From IMG/VR virus record IMGVR_UViG_3300020044_004214, positions 1-26,034 of that record: a stretch of 26,034 bases of DNA. One strand, 5' to 3'. The stretch is from a virus (Duplodnaviria; Caudoviricetes). The position numbers were made by a program, and so were the translations under genes. Below, piece after piece: positions 15,052 through 24,982 of the stretch (position 1 is the first letter of the stretch; every line of letters starts with the position of its first letter). The notes under the pieces are model-generated. The model had not been told where the DNA came from, searched no databases, and worked only from the letters and a program-made list of their open reading frames with translations.

Positions 15052-15752
15052 TGATTGAATCCCCTAAGTCTAAGCGGGCAACTAGGTACAAGAATGCAGA
15101 AGGGGAGGCAGCAACAAAGACTGTCCCCTTAAAGGCACTGAACGACAAACAGAAGGACTATATCAAAGCCCTTACTGCTTACGATCAGGTCATTGTGTGT
15201 GGCTTCTCAGGTACAGGTAAGACTTACATCGCGGCTACCTATGCAGCCAATATGTACGCCAGTAAGGAGATTGGTAAGATCATTCTTACCCGACCTAACA
15301 TCTCCGTAGGCAAAGACTTAGGCTTCTTTCCAGGAACACTAGAGGAGAAGTTCGCTCCTTGGGCTGCACCAGTACTTGATGTTCTTAATGAGCAGCTAGG
15401 TAAGGGTGTCGTTGAGACAGGCATCAAGAATGGCAACATTGAGATGGCTCCCCTGTCTACCATGCGTGGTCGTTCCTTTAAGGATTCATTCATCATCCTT
15501 GACGAGGCACAGAACACTACTGTAGCAGAGATCAAGATGTTCTTGACCCGTATCGGTAGAGACTGTAAGGTAGTTATCAATGGTGACATCAAGCAGTCAG
15601 ACATCTCAGGTCAGTCAGGTCTAGCTAAGATCATCCATCTGGCTAAGAAGCATGGTATGCCTGTGCCTGTCATTGAGTTTGGAGTAGATGACATTGTACG
15701 TAGTGACATCTGTAAACAGTGGATCATAGCATTCGAAGGTGAGGGACTATAA
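15051..15752 (+). CDS. phoH: PhoH family protein
   Basis: GFSGTGKT, LTRP, LGFFPG, MRGRSF, ILDEAQN, LTRIG, GDIKQSD. Confidence 0.95.
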   Translation: MIESPKSKRATRYKNAEGEAATKTVPLKALNDKQKDYIKALTAYDQVIVCGFSGTGKTYIAATYAANMYASKEIGKIILTRPNISVGKDLGFFPGTLEEKFAPWAAPVLDVLNEQLGKGVVETGIKNGNIEMAPLSTMRGRSFKDSFIILDEAQNTTVAEIKMFLTRIGRDCKVVINGDIKQSDISGQSGLAKIIHLAKKHGMPVPVIEFGVDDIVRSDICKQWIIAFEGEGL

Positions 15753-15754
15753 CT

Positions 15755-16078
15755 ATGGCTAAGTGGGTAATTCGAGATCGTTGTGAACACTGCAACAATT
15801 TCGTAGATGATGATGGCTACTGCACTGAGTGTCAGTTTGGGACAGAAGACTACGACGAAGATGAGGAAGAAGACAGTGCTATGTCTAAGCAAGTGGGTGG
15901 TACTCACTACAAGGACATGGCTATCCAACCTGTAGAGTTCATCATTGCTAACGGACTAGGGTTCTGTGAAGGCAACATCATCAAGTATACCTGTAGGTAC
16001 AAACAGAAAAACGGCGTAGAAGATTTACGTAAAGTAATCCACTACGCCGAGATGTTGATTGCAAGTCTAGAGAACTAA
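15755..16078 (+). CDS. DUF3310 (T7 gp1.7-like) protein with N-terminal Zn ribbon
   Basis: CEHC...CTEC, acidic linker, then QVGGTHY...QP.EF...GF.EGNIIKY..R...KNG.EDL.K..HY. Confidence 0.8.
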   Translation: MAKWVIRDRCEHCNNFVDDDGYCTECQFGTEDYDEDEEEDSAMSKQVGGTHYKDMAIQPVEFIIANGLGFCEGNIIKYTCRYKQKNGVEDLRKVIHYAEMLIASLEN

Positions 16079-16113
16079 AAGAAGGGGAGCAGAAATGCTC
16101 CTCTTTACTTTTT
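16077..16113. terminator. bidirectional rho-independent terminator between the two arms
   Basis: AAAAG AAGGGGAGCA GAAA TGCTCCTCTT TACTTTTT: a stem with a GNRA loop, A-tract on the left and T-tract on the right, between convergent stop codons. Confidence 0.85.
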
Positions 16114-16512
16114 ACCTTTAAGGTAATTAGCCTTAGCCCCAGTAGTAGCCTTAGGCATAGGTTTAGCTGTAGCAGAAGGACGTACAGCACCGAGAGGTCC
16201 GAAGCGACCAAGGATGAATGGTTTAGCTTTAGCCTTAGGCATACCAGCAGGTTTGGCCTCAGGACGTACAGCATTGGTAGGAGCCTTGGGCATACCAGAG
16301 GGCTTACCAGCAGGACGTACAGCGTTGGTAGCAGGTTTAGATTTAGCCTTAGCTTTAGCCGCTGGCTTAGCCTCAGCCTTAGGCGCTTTCATAGCATCCT
16401 TCTCAGCCTTAGTGAAGAAGTGACGAGTCTTATTAGTCCCACCTTTAGGTTGGTTCTTCATAATAACCCATTCGAAGTCTACGCCTTCTTTGTACTTGTC
16501 GTCTTGTGCCAT
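16105..16512 (-). CDS. Lys/Ala/Pro-rich basic protein with internal repeats (histone H1-like composition)
   Basis: KAPKAEAKPAAKAKAK and repeated AVRP...MPKA units; TAATG coupling to the upstream gene. Confidence 0.75.
   Translation of the reverse strand: MAQDDKYKEGVDFEWVIMKNQPKGGTNKTRHFFTKAEKDAMKAPKAEAKPAAKAKAKSKPATNAVRPAGKPSGMPKAPTNAVRPEAKPAGMPKAKAKPFILGRFGPLGAVRPSATAKPMPKATTGAKANYLKGKK
16238..16339 (-). repeat. 51-nt tandem repeat (2 copies; degenerate third near 16154-16197)
   Basis: ggcataccag...aggacgtacagc.ttggtag at 16238 and 16289, encoding TNAVRPxxKPxGMPKA. Confidence 0.8.
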
Positions 16513-16700
16513 TATTTCTTTCCCTTTTTCTTAGCTACACCAGCCGAGCTTAGGGCAATAGCGATAGCTTGTTTACGGTTCTTAACTACTTTAGCCTTCT
16601 TAGGGCCTTTGGGATTGATACCCCCATGCAGAGTACCACCTTTGAACTCGTGCATTACCTTAGCAATCTTAGCCGACTGCTTCTTAGTTTGCTTAGCCAT
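16512..16700 (-). CDS. small basic protein, DUF6496-like
   Basis: KVMHEFKGGTLH...KNRKQAIAIALS motif; RBS AAGGATAAGG before ATG 16700. An in-frame coupled ATG at 16742 is an alternative start. Confidence 0.75.
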   Translation of the reverse strand: MAKQTKKQSAKIAKVMHEFKGGTLHGGINPKGPKKAKVVKNRKQAIAIALSSAGVAKKKGKK

Positions 16701-16741
16701 GACCTTATCCTTAGTCAGTTGTTGTGTGTTGTTAGTAGTCA

Positions 16742-17002
16742 TTACCATTTGACTTTATCCGCCCAGTAAGCAGCACTCATCTTACCCTTAGAGATGTTCT
16801 TGGCATGACGAGCCTTGAAGGCTTCGTTACGAGCAGACCCTTCAGGACTACCCTTAACTCCTTGCTGACCAAAGCGGATAGTCTTAACTTGACTACCCTT
16901 CTTAGCGACAACTACGTGTGACTTGGTAGGGTGGTTAGGAGTAGCCTTAGGTTTATTGTACCCAGCTACACCTATCTTCTCAAGACGAGGATCTTTAGCC
17001 AT
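16742..17002 (-). CDS. conserved small basic phage protein
   Basis: KTIRFGQQG...FKARH...SAAYWADKVKW, a widespread viral family of unknown function (from recall). Confidence 0.8.
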   Translation of the reverse strand: MAKDPRLEKIGVAGYNKPKATPNHPTKSHVVVAKKGSQVKTIRFGQQGVKGSPEGSARNEAFKARHAKNISKGKMSAAYWADKVKW

Positions 17003-19674
17003 TACTTAGCCCCAACCATATCTTGGGTTACAGCCTTCACCTCGCCATTGATAACGACAAGGCTACCCAGACGTAGCTCTTGGTTGTTATAGGCTTGGAT
17101 CAGTTCATCCTGAGTAGCGAATACACGCACATCATTCGGGTTAGCCGACAGCATCTTGATCGTATCCAAGACTGTCTGGTCTACTGGAGTATTCGATGCA
17201 GTCTTAGCTTCACCCTGTGGAGTAGGTTGCTGTGCCATTGCATCAGCAGGAATGTTCGCTAGAATATCAGCCTGTACCTGCTCAGTAGGGATAGGGGCAG
17301 GGGTAGCGGCATTAAGACTTGCTGCTGTAGCTGCCCTTCCAGCCTCTGTAGGGAGCAACTGTGCCCCTGGTTGTAGCATCTTCTCAGCTTCAGCGGTATA
17401 CGGGGTAGTCATAGCTCCACCACCAGTGCCTGAGATAACCCGTGCAATGGTTTCCCCACGAGTAACTGTACCGTCACCATTGGTGTCTAGGTTCTTGTTC
17501 TTGTCGTAGGAGTCAGAACCCTTTTCGTACATGACATAGGCTTCATCCTTACCGATAGCTGCGGGCCAGTGTACTGCCATGTATACGTCACCGAAGTTCT
17601 TGATACGACCCTTGTAAGGTGCTAGATACTTACCAACATACTCCATCTGCTCAGCAGCAGTCATACCAGCCAATGCTTCAGTTGTCGTTCCAAGACCCTT
17701 AGCGGTAGACTCCAAGAACTGGATTAGGCCAGTAGCTGTAGAACCAGGATTCTTGACAGCAGGGCTAAACGACTTACCAGTTTCAAACTCAATGACACGT
17801 AGGAGGTCGTTAGGGTTGATACCAATATCAGCAGACACTGACTTCACTTTACCCATGAAGTTGATGTCTTGGAGTACAGCATCAGGAGCCTTGTAACCAT
17901 TCTCACTGGAAGTAGCAGCAGTTGTAGTACCGTCTGTGATACCAAGTTCAGCGTAGATGATCTTCTTAGTTGTTTCACCAACGACACCAAGATTATTAAG
18001 AACCTGTAGCTTGTAGTTCAGGTCATCAATCTTAGCCTTGTTAGCGGTAGTGAACTCATTAAGACGGTTAGTCGCCATAGCATCCTGAGCTTCTTTAGTC
18101 TGAGCAAGACCAATAGCACGGGGACCAGGAACAAACTTAGTCTCAGCAGATTTGGTTGTAATGGACAGTTGACCATTCTTACCAACAGTGAAGTTGAAGT
18201 TCTCCAGATCACCGACTGCTGCATCACGTAAGTTACCTAGGTCCAGCATAACGTCAGTGGACAGGAACTGTGAAGTCTTCGAGACAAACTCAGGATCATC
18301 CTTAGCAGCTTTGATGATAGCAGCACTAGGTACTTCGAAGTTTTGCTTCCATGCCTGAGCATTCCAACGAATAGGTCCATCAACCTTCTGGACTTCTTCG
18401 TGAGATGTAATAGCACCAATAATAGCTGTCTTGATCTCACTATCTTTCTGGTCTTGAGTTACTTCTTCATACGATCTAGCGACAGTGGACTGTCCAGACA
18501 TAGTAGCGACCAACTCAGTGAAGGCAAACCGAGCATCAATAAGATCTTTCTTAGAAGATTCCTTCAACGCTCTGTTAGCTTCTTCTAAGCGACCAGCTAG
18601 GAGTTCTTCAGTAAACTTAGCGGCTGGACCAGACAAGCCAGCCATAAGCTGTGCAGACAAGGCAGGGTCAGCAGCAGACAGGGTAGCGATAGTCGTAAGG
18701 TACTGAACAGGTACACCCGCAGAAGCCATGTCTAGGTAAGCTTGACTAGTAAGACGTTTCTGGATCTCAGCAGGATCTACATTCTTAGCTGACAAAGTAG
18801 TAGCTGTGTCAAACTGATTGAACACACCTTTCTCCCAACCATCAGGAGCCTGACCAAGTTCATTCTCAGGGATACCAGTACGCATAGCAATATCTTTACG
18901 ATACTTACTAGACAAAGCACCACGGGCAATGTTAGCTACTTCTTCAAAGTTGCTTTGGTTAATGATAGTGCCACGAAGTTCAGGGATCAGGGCAGACACA
19001 CCTAGTTCGTCTAGGTTAATGGAAGCAGTAGGATCTGCTGCAATAGCTAGACCAACTTCTGTAAGGCCACGAGAGAACGTATTAGCTTCTGTTTGAGCAT
19101 AGCTAAGATTGTTGTTCCAAGCTTTGTCGCTAAGAATTATGTAGTTCTGAGTAGCCTCACCTTCACGCTTTATCATAGAATTCTCTGCTGAAGCAGTCAT
19201 CCATTTAGCTTTAGCTTCTGCAATGAGGGTTGCTTGTTCTTCAGAGGTAGCTGCACTTTGAGCAGCAGCAAAGGCATAGACAGCTTCAGGAGATGTCTGC
19301 CAAGCTTTATCAATCTCAATCTGTACCTTAGTCTGAGCATCGTATGCTTCTACTTCTGGGTTAAGGCTTGTCTTAGCGGCCTCCATAACTTTGCTCTCCC
19401 ACTCAGGATACATCCTACCAAATTGGCGTAGATCAGAGAAGCTAGCAGTAGCGGGAGTAACATTAGGATTATTAGATACCTGACGGAACTCATCCCAACG
19501 CTGACCAAAGACTTCATCTTGGGTAGGGGCACGACCAGGTGCAGGTTCCCCAGCACTCATAAAGAGTTTGGAAAGGCTAGCCAGACCAGTAGCAGCAGGA
19601 GCTTCACCCTGACCTTGAGGAATAATAGGATCAATAGGGTTGATGTTGGCAGTGATAGGATCAAAAATAGCCAT
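17002..19674 (-). CDS. internal virion (ejection) protein with C-terminal lytic transglycosylase/lysozyme-like domain
   Basis: 890 aa; IEFETG (candidate catalytic Glu), ATGLIQF, and an EF-hand-like DTNGDGTVTRGE; lies downstream of the other core genes. Confidence 0.8.
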   Translation of the reverse strand: MAIFDPITANINPIDPIIPQGQGEAPAATGLASLSKLFMSAGEPAPGRAPTQDEVFGQRWDEFRQVSNNPNVTPATASFSDLRQFGRMYPEWESKVMEAAKTSLNPEVEAYDAQTKVQIEIDKAWQTSPEAVYAFAAAQSAATSEEQATLIAEAKAKWMTASAENSMIKREGEATQNYIILSDKAWNNNLSYAQTEANTFSRGLTEVGLAIAADPTASINLDELGVSALIPELRGTIINQSNFEEVANIARGALSSKYRKDIAMRTGIPENELGQAPDGWEKGVFNQFDTATTLSAKNVDPAEIQKRLTSQAYLDMASAGVPVQYLTTIATLSAADPALSAQLMAGLSGPAAKFTEELLAGRLEEANRALKESSKKDLIDARFAFTELVATMSGQSTVARSYEEVTQDQKDSEIKTAIIGAITSHEEVQKVDGPIRWNAQAWKQNFEVPSAAIIKAAKDDPEFVSKTSQFLSTDVMLDLGNLRDAAVGDLENFNFTVGKNGQLSITTKSAETKFVPGPRAIGLAQTKEAQDAMATNRLNEFTTANKAKIDDLNYKLQVLNNLGVVGETTKKIIYAELGITDGTTTAATSSENGYKAPDAVLQDINFMGKVKSVSADIGINPNDLLRVIEFETGKSFSPAVKNPGSTATGLIQFLESTAKGLGTTTEALAGMTAAEQMEYVGKYLAPYKGRIKNFGDVYMAVHWPAAIGKDEAYVMYEKGSDSYDKNKNLDTNGDGTVTRGETIARVISGTGGGAMTTPYTAEAEKMLQPGAQLLPTEAGRAATAASLNAATPAPIPTEQVQADILANIPADAMAQQPTPQGEAKTASNTPVDQTVLDTIKMLSANPNDVRVFATQDELIQAYNNQELRLGSLVVINGEVKAVTQDMVGAK

Positions 19675-19689
19675 GTGCAGTTACCTTTA

Positions 19690-22600
19690 TTATTCTGTAG
19701 CGTTTGAACTAAAGCCAGACTCAGCCTTGAGTGCCTGAACCATAAGTTCGTCAGTGATTGGGAAACCCTTAGGAGTGAACACAAGCTTGTCTACTCGCTG
19801 ACGTTCTATCGGTGTCATGGAACTATACTTCATAGCTATAATTCTAGCATACTTCTTAGCTTCTTCATAGTCCCCTCGACGGAAGGCTTCTGCCCACAGG
19901 TTTGTTGCAGTAGTGATACCTTTAGCCGACAACTTATCAAACTCTTTGTCGTAGCCCTTGAAGGTATTAAACTTCCAAGCATCTTCTTGTGCTTCTAGTG
20001 GTACACCAAGAGCAGTGAAGATAGCCTCAGTGTTGTTGTCGATCTTGTCTAGGTAAGCATTGTCACGGGTAGTTACTTCGCCATACTTGAAGGCAGTGTA
20101 TGCGTTGTAAGCCATGTTCCCTGTGGAGAACACACGAGCAAAGTCAATCAAGTCATCCTTGAAAGGTTCTTTAACTTCTGCACCTGAGAAGGAAGCAACA
20201 AGGGTCTTTACCGCAGAGAATGCAGTCTTACCACCTTGCCAACCAACCTCTAACGACACACCACCCATGAACTCAATGACATTCTTCTCAGCTACGTCTT
20301 GCATGATCATAAAGATACCATCACTGTTGCTCAGACGAGTAGACAGAGATGTTTCAGTACCAGTAAGTTCTGTAAGGAGTGTATCAATGAAGCCCTTACG
20401 GATAAGACGATAGAGTTTAGGGTCTAGTTCCTGACCGTAGTAATGACGGTAGATGTCCATAGCCGTACCGACAGCACCCCATGCAGATGCACCGAACATA
20501 GCTGTATGTACGATAGCCAGACGAGTACGTTCAGCATTGGTTAGAACTTTACGACCCTTGCCACCAAAGGTTCCTGAGAACATAGCTTCGTTAACACGGA
20601 ACATATAGGACATGAACTGAGTGAAGGGTAGTTTATCGACTGGTGTACGTGATGCACCTGTCATACCCTGTGTTAGGGTATCTTGACGGTTCATAATCCA
20701 ACGACGACCTTGCTGGCTGTTAGCAGCTACACCTGGAAACTTCTTCAAGAACTCCATGTAGGACGTAGCGTAGGAAGCAATGCGAGGGATAAGTTCACCT
20801 TCGTTGAAGATGACACGACCAGCACTACGAGCAGCACCAATGCCTTCACCAACTGTACCTAGCACACGAGATGCTTGTGCAGCATCAGACCCAAACTCAG
20901 CTAGGCTTTCACCAACAGTGCCACGACCACTGTTCTTGAACATGGTTACCATATCTAGAAACTGGTCACCTGTCAGACCTGAGATAGGCTGAAGTAGGTC
21001 ACCTGTACTCTTGATGACAGCAGCATCACCATTAGCAATAGCGAAACGGATAGGTCCGTAGAGTGCTGTACCACGTACACCGTCCAAGCCAGCAACAGCC
21101 ATGATGTTCAGGGCCTGAGAACCCTGTACCCAATACTGTGCTGGATTAAACATACCAAGCTTAGCGTCGAAGGCAAAGCCACGTAGAGCTACAAGGGGGT
21201 TCTTGGAGCTAATGTCAGCAGCAAAGTCAGCACCGATAAGGTTCTTGCTGTACAAGAAGTCAGAAGCATTCTTCATTGCTGACAACCAAACCTGATCACC
21301 AATGTTCTTCTGCTCCATACGGAAGATAACTTTCTTCTGCTCAAGAAGAAGCTTACGACCAATGCTGGTTGTGTCGCTGATGGACGCTTGCAGAAGCTTC
21401 TGCTTTAACGACAGACCCTTGAGGTCAGCTACGTTAGCCAAGACGTTATGCTCAATAGCTGCCTTCAGAAGACCATTGATAGAGGCAGACATATAGGCAC
21501 GTTCACTGTTGATAGCTACTCCACGGCTAAGAGACTGTTCGATAGACATCTTAGATCCATAGGTACGGTTAGTAACACCACCGTAGCCAATGAGGAGTTT
21601 GTCCCTACGTGTCCGTGGGTTTGTGATAGTCATGTCGATAGCTTCGCTATACTTACGACCAGCTACACCACCAACAGCAGTTGAGTCGATGATAGCTTCA
21701 CCATCTTTAACGAAGTCAAACTGCTTACGTAGATCTACCCCAGATTCATCAGCCCACTTAACAAACTCATCTGCATTGTAAGCGTCAGGGAACCACTTGT
21801 TATTGTCAGCAATGGTAGCGTTAAGCTGAGGATCATTTACAAGGGCACGTACAGCTAGACGATGTTCTTCTGCATTCTTGAACTTACCGACAATCTTCTG
21901 GTTGATTACATCAATAATGTTGTTGATCTGTGTCTTAGCCGCAATAGCCTGAGCTTCTGTACGTACACCCATAACAGTAAGGGGCGACACAGTTACCTCA
22001 CTACCATCAGCAAACTGCTTAACACGGTTTTGCTTAACGTAGAACTGAATGTCAAACTTACGGTAGTCACGAGGACCACCAGCATTACGAGCCATAACAT
22101 CAGAGTGATAGAGACGACGAGTCTTGATACTGTTATCAGTCATGTGCATTACATCACCAGGAAAGTTCTGGTGAAGTGGGTCGTAGTTCTGGAAGACACG
22201 AGTACCAGCGGGTAGGTCTTTAGCTTCAACCAGCTTACCCGTAGCAGTATCCCATACCTTAGTAGTGCCTGTCATGTTGTCAGACACCTTAGGCACAATA
22301 CGGTAGCCTGTAGCACTATCTACAACGACACCATCTTTGACCTGAAGCTTGAAGGTAACGTCAGCCTTGAACATAGCATCAACGTCAAGAGCCTCTTGGT
22401 ACTTCAAGTACATGGCTACTTGGCTCTCCGAAGGAGGCTTACCATACTTTGTCGCAAACTCTGTTACGAACTCATTGGGGCTAAGGGCCTTACGACGAGC
22501 AGCAAGGGAGCCATCACGCATCTCATCAAACATACCAAAGACTTGGTTCTGTTGACCACGAGAGTTCAACCTACGTACTTCTTTCAAGGGAGCTTGCATA

Positions 22601-24207
22601 CTTACACGCCAAGTCTCACGAGCAGCTTCACCTTCCTTAAGGATAGCATTAAGACGAGGAGTTGTCTGAGCAAGAGGAGAGCCTAGATACTGTACAAGTA
22701 GACCTTCCCCAAGATCATCAGGGTTAGTCGAAGTGAATAGGTGCATATCGCTAAGAGTAAGATCACCTAGGTCAGCAGGGACATTGTTGCTTACACGTAC
22801 TTTCCAAGTGTTAGCAATGTCACCAGACACCACTTCACCACCCATCTGATCAGCTAGGTTCTGTGCAGCACGACGACCATTGTTACCGTTGAACAACCCA
22901 CCACTTTGAGTACCGTAGAACTGGTGCAAGAATAGGTTCTCAGTTTCATCCTTCAGAAGATCAGCATCTAGGTAACGTGTGTTACCACTATCGACAGCAT
23001 CTTTCCTTACTGAATCAGTAAGTTTAGTTTTGAAGGTATTGAAGGTAGCGTCATCAATAGCTTCACCTGAGATCTTACTAGCCTGAAGTGCTGAACGGAA
23101 TACTTGGCTACTCTCTTCAAAGACACGAGCAGCAGCATGGCTTGTCTCACTCCAGAAGGCTGGACGCATGAGAGTAGACGTAGCAATAGAAGGTGTTACG
23201 TGGTTACCAAGGACAAGACCAGCCCGGAGAGGGTCATCAATGATAGAGGCTTCGCTGATGATCTTACGTACCAGATCTACGTTGTTAGTCTTGAAACCAA
23301 TCAAGCTTGCGATGTCAGTGGTGATACCATGAGCGACACCCAAAGCACCACGACCAAGTACGCCTGAGGTCAGGGCTGTCGTAGACACTGCTGCACGAGC
23401 AGCCTTAAAGGTTTGTACAGGTTTAAGTACAGGACCAGCCACTGTGCTGACAGTATCAATAGCTCCAAAGATCTTATCCATCTGAGCAATGTTGCTCTCA
23501 GAACCAGCACCAGCAATAGAGAGGAAGTTGTTCAGGTAGAACCTGTTGGTATCAGTGAACCAACCAGTGTCTGACATCTCCGTCATCATGTCGTTAAGCT
23601 GTGTCTCAAAGTCTGCATCGCTAAGGCTAGAGTACATCAACTCAGCATAGCGGTCAGCATACTCACGGTTCTTCTGAGAGATGAGGATACCCTTAGGGGA
23701 AGACAGTAGTGTATCTACGAAGTCACCACTACCTGCCCAGAAACCATCAGATGCTTCACCTACTCGCTTCTGCACAATGTCGCTAGCAGCAATAAGACGC
23801 TTAACCCTACGGACAGAGTAGTCACGTAGAACAGGGTCTTGTGAGCTAAGCATAGCAATGACAGCAGGGGAAGCAAAGCGTTTGATGTAGTCGATACCCT
23901 GAAGCTCTTCCTGTAGTGCAGTGATCTCAGATTGAGTATCTTCTACAGGATTAGCGATAGAGATGTTAACTGCATCTTGCTTGTTAGATTCAATCTTAGC
24001 ATTAGCAGTCTGGTCTAGAGCAGCAGTAGCACCAGTTTCTACCATAGGCTGGAGAGTATCAGGTTCTACGTTGAATAAGGAGCCGAAGAGGTACTTCTCT
24101 GCTCTTTGCTGTGCAGGAGATTTACGGATAGTTAGATCAGGAGTAGGCCCAAACTCAGGCGTAGTTACCTTAGCTGGTTCTTTCGGTCCAAATTCTGTAG
24201 GTTCCAT
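19690..24207 (-). CDS. large internal virion protein (gp16-like by size and position)
   Basis: 1505-aa ORF in the core-protein cluster; no enzymatic motif recognised. Confidence 0.7.
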   Translation of the reverse strand: MEPTEFGPKEPAKVTTPEFGPTPDLTIRKSPAQQRAEKYLFGSLFNVEPDTLQPMVETGATAALDQTANAKIESNKQDAVNISIANPVEDTQSEITALQEELQGIDYIKRFASPAVIAMLSSQDPVLRDYSVRRVKRLIAASDIVQKRVGEASDGFWAGSGDFVDTLLSSPKGILISQKNREYADRYAELMYSSLSDADFETQLNDMMTEMSDTGWFTDTNRFYLNNFLSIAGAGSESNIAQMDKIFGAIDTVSTVAGPVLKPVQTFKAARAAVSTTALTSGVLGRGALGVAHGITTDIASLIGFKTNNVDLVRKIISEASIIDDPLRAGLVLGNHVTPSIATSTLMRPAFWSETSHAAARVFEESSQVFRSALQASKISGEAIDDATFNTFKTKLTDSVRKDAVDSGNTRYLDADLLKDETENLFLHQFYGTQSGGLFNGNNGRRAAQNLADQMGGEVVSGDIANTWKVRVSNNVPADLGDLTLSDMHLFTSTNPDDLGEGLLVQYLGSPLAQTTPRLNAILKEGEAARETWRVSMQAPLKEVRRLNSRGQQNQVFGMFDEMRDGSLAARRKALSPNEFVTEFATKYGKPPSESQVAMYLKYQEALDVDAMFKADVTFKLQVKDGVVVDSATGYRIVPKVSDNMTGTTKVWDTATGKLVEAKDLPAGTRVFQNYDPLHQNFPGDVMHMTDNSIKTRRLYHSDVMARNAGGPRDYRKFDIQFYVKQNRVKQFADGSEVTVSPLTVMGVRTEAQAIAAKTQINNIIDVINQKIVGKFKNAEEHRLAVRALVNDPQLNATIADNNKWFPDAYNADEFVKWADESGVDLRKQFDFVKDGEAIIDSTAVGGVAGRKYSEAIDMTITNPRTRRDKLLIGYGGVTNRTYGSKMSIEQSLSRGVAINSERAYMSASINGLLKAAIEHNVLANVADLKGLSLKQKLLQASISDTTSIGRKLLLEQKKVIFRMEQKNIGDQVWLSAMKNASDFLYSKNLIGADFAADISSKNPLVALRGFAFDAKLGMFNPAQYWVQGSQALNIMAVAGLDGVRGTALYGPIRFAIANGDAAVIKSTGDLLQPISGLTGDQFLDMVTMFKNSGRGTVGESLAEFGSDAAQASRVLGTVGEGIGAARSAGRVIFNEGELIPRIASYATSYMEFLKKFPGVAANSQQGRRWIMNRQDTLTQGMTGASRTPVDKLPFTQFMSYMFRVNEAMFSGTFGGKGRKVLTNAERTRLAIVHTAMFGASAWGAVGTAMDIYRHYYGQELDPKLYRLIRKGFIDTLLTELTGTETSLSTRLSNSDGIFMIMQDVAEKNVIEFMGGVSLEVGWQGGKTAFSAVKTLVASFSGAEVKEPFKDDLIDFARVFSTGNMAYNAYTAFKYGEVTTRDNAYLDKIDNNTEAIFTALGVPLEAQEDAWKFNTFKGYDKEFDKLSAKGITTATNLWAEAFRRGDYEEAKKYARIIAMKYSSMTPIERQRVDKLVFTPKGFPITDELMVQALKAESGFSSNATE

Positions 24208-24209
24208 GC

Positions 24210-24671
24210 TTACAAGCCCAACATATTTCTAAATTTATCTGGTCCGCCTAGGAACTGGAAAGCTGTCCCAGCCGTACTTGCCATAGAACTATACCGAGCA
24301 GCATCAGCATTAGCAGCATTGGCTGCGATACCCATGTTAACGATGTTGCTTGACAAGCCTGACATCTGTGAGCCGAAGCCTAGTGCTGAACCTGTCTGAG
24401 AAGCAAGAGAACTCATACCACCATAAGCCAAGGAAGTACTACCTACACCAAACCCTTGTGCGCTAGAGACACCTTGTGCCCTACGGATTTGTGACTCACG
24501 AATAGCTTGACGCTGTTGACGCTGATAAGACAGGTCTTGTTGCTTCTGTTGTTCCCTAGCAATATCTGCTTGTATGTCCGCAGACCTACCCGCAGCCTTA
24601 GCAGCCTTAGACGTATTAACTACACTAGCTACACCAGCTACTGCTGTTATCACACCAAGTAATGGTCCCAT
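24210..24671 (-). CDS. small internal virion protein (gp14-like)
   Basis: Hydrophobic Gly/Ala N-terminus, Gln-rich coil and Gly/Ser-rich C-terminus; position after the GNAT-like gene; RBS GGAG. Confidence 0.65.
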   Translation of the reverse strand: MGPLLGVITAVAGVASVVNTSKAAKAAGRSADIQADIAREQQKQQDLSYQRQQRQAIRESQIRRAQGVSSAQGFGVGSTSLAYGGMSSLASQTGSALGFGSQMSGLSSNIVNMGIAANAANADAARYSSMASTAGTAFQFLGGPDKFRNMLGL

Positions 24672-24673
24672 TT

Positions 24674-24982
24674 TTAATCTCCGTACCTACAGACAACTAA
24701 GTTTTCGTATTGGCCTACATACTTAAAGTTAAGTCCAGTAAGCAGTCTTTGAATTTTAAGGTTAGTTTTTGGGACAGCAGCCCAAATGTATTCATGGCCC
24801 ATTGTACTTACAAACTCGTACCAATCTTCAAGTTGGTACTTCATAGCGATGAATACTTCTTTAGTGAACTTGTCTATTTCTCGTATGTGGAAGATTACGA
24901 AGTCTTTGTTGTATTCAACTCTAAGTACGTAGCCATCACCTTTAACAAGAAAGTCTTTAGAAGCGTTGGTTCTTAGCATCAA
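24674..24982 (-). CDS. gp13-like / GNAT-fold protein
   Basis: Position between tail tube and core genes. The pattern IWAAVP..N....RLL..LNF..VG is typical of a GNAT C-terminus. Confidence 0.55.
   Translation of the reverse strand: MMLRTNASKDFLVKGDGYVLRVEYNKDFVIFHIREIDKFTKEVFIAMKYQLEDWYEFVSTMGHEYIWAAVPKTNLKIQRLLTGLNFKYVGQYENLVVCRYGD

Noticed and set aside
15863-15883. Internal start (ATG 15881) giving a short DUF3310 form, as in T7 gp1.7
   Set aside because: The nearest GAGGA is about 13 nt away and is explained by the acidic linker codons, so support is insufficient.
19690-24207. Virion-encapsidated RNA polymerase in the 1505-aa protein
   Set aside because: I found no DxDGD/NADFDGD or T7-type RNAP motifs. 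Size and position fit an ejection protein.
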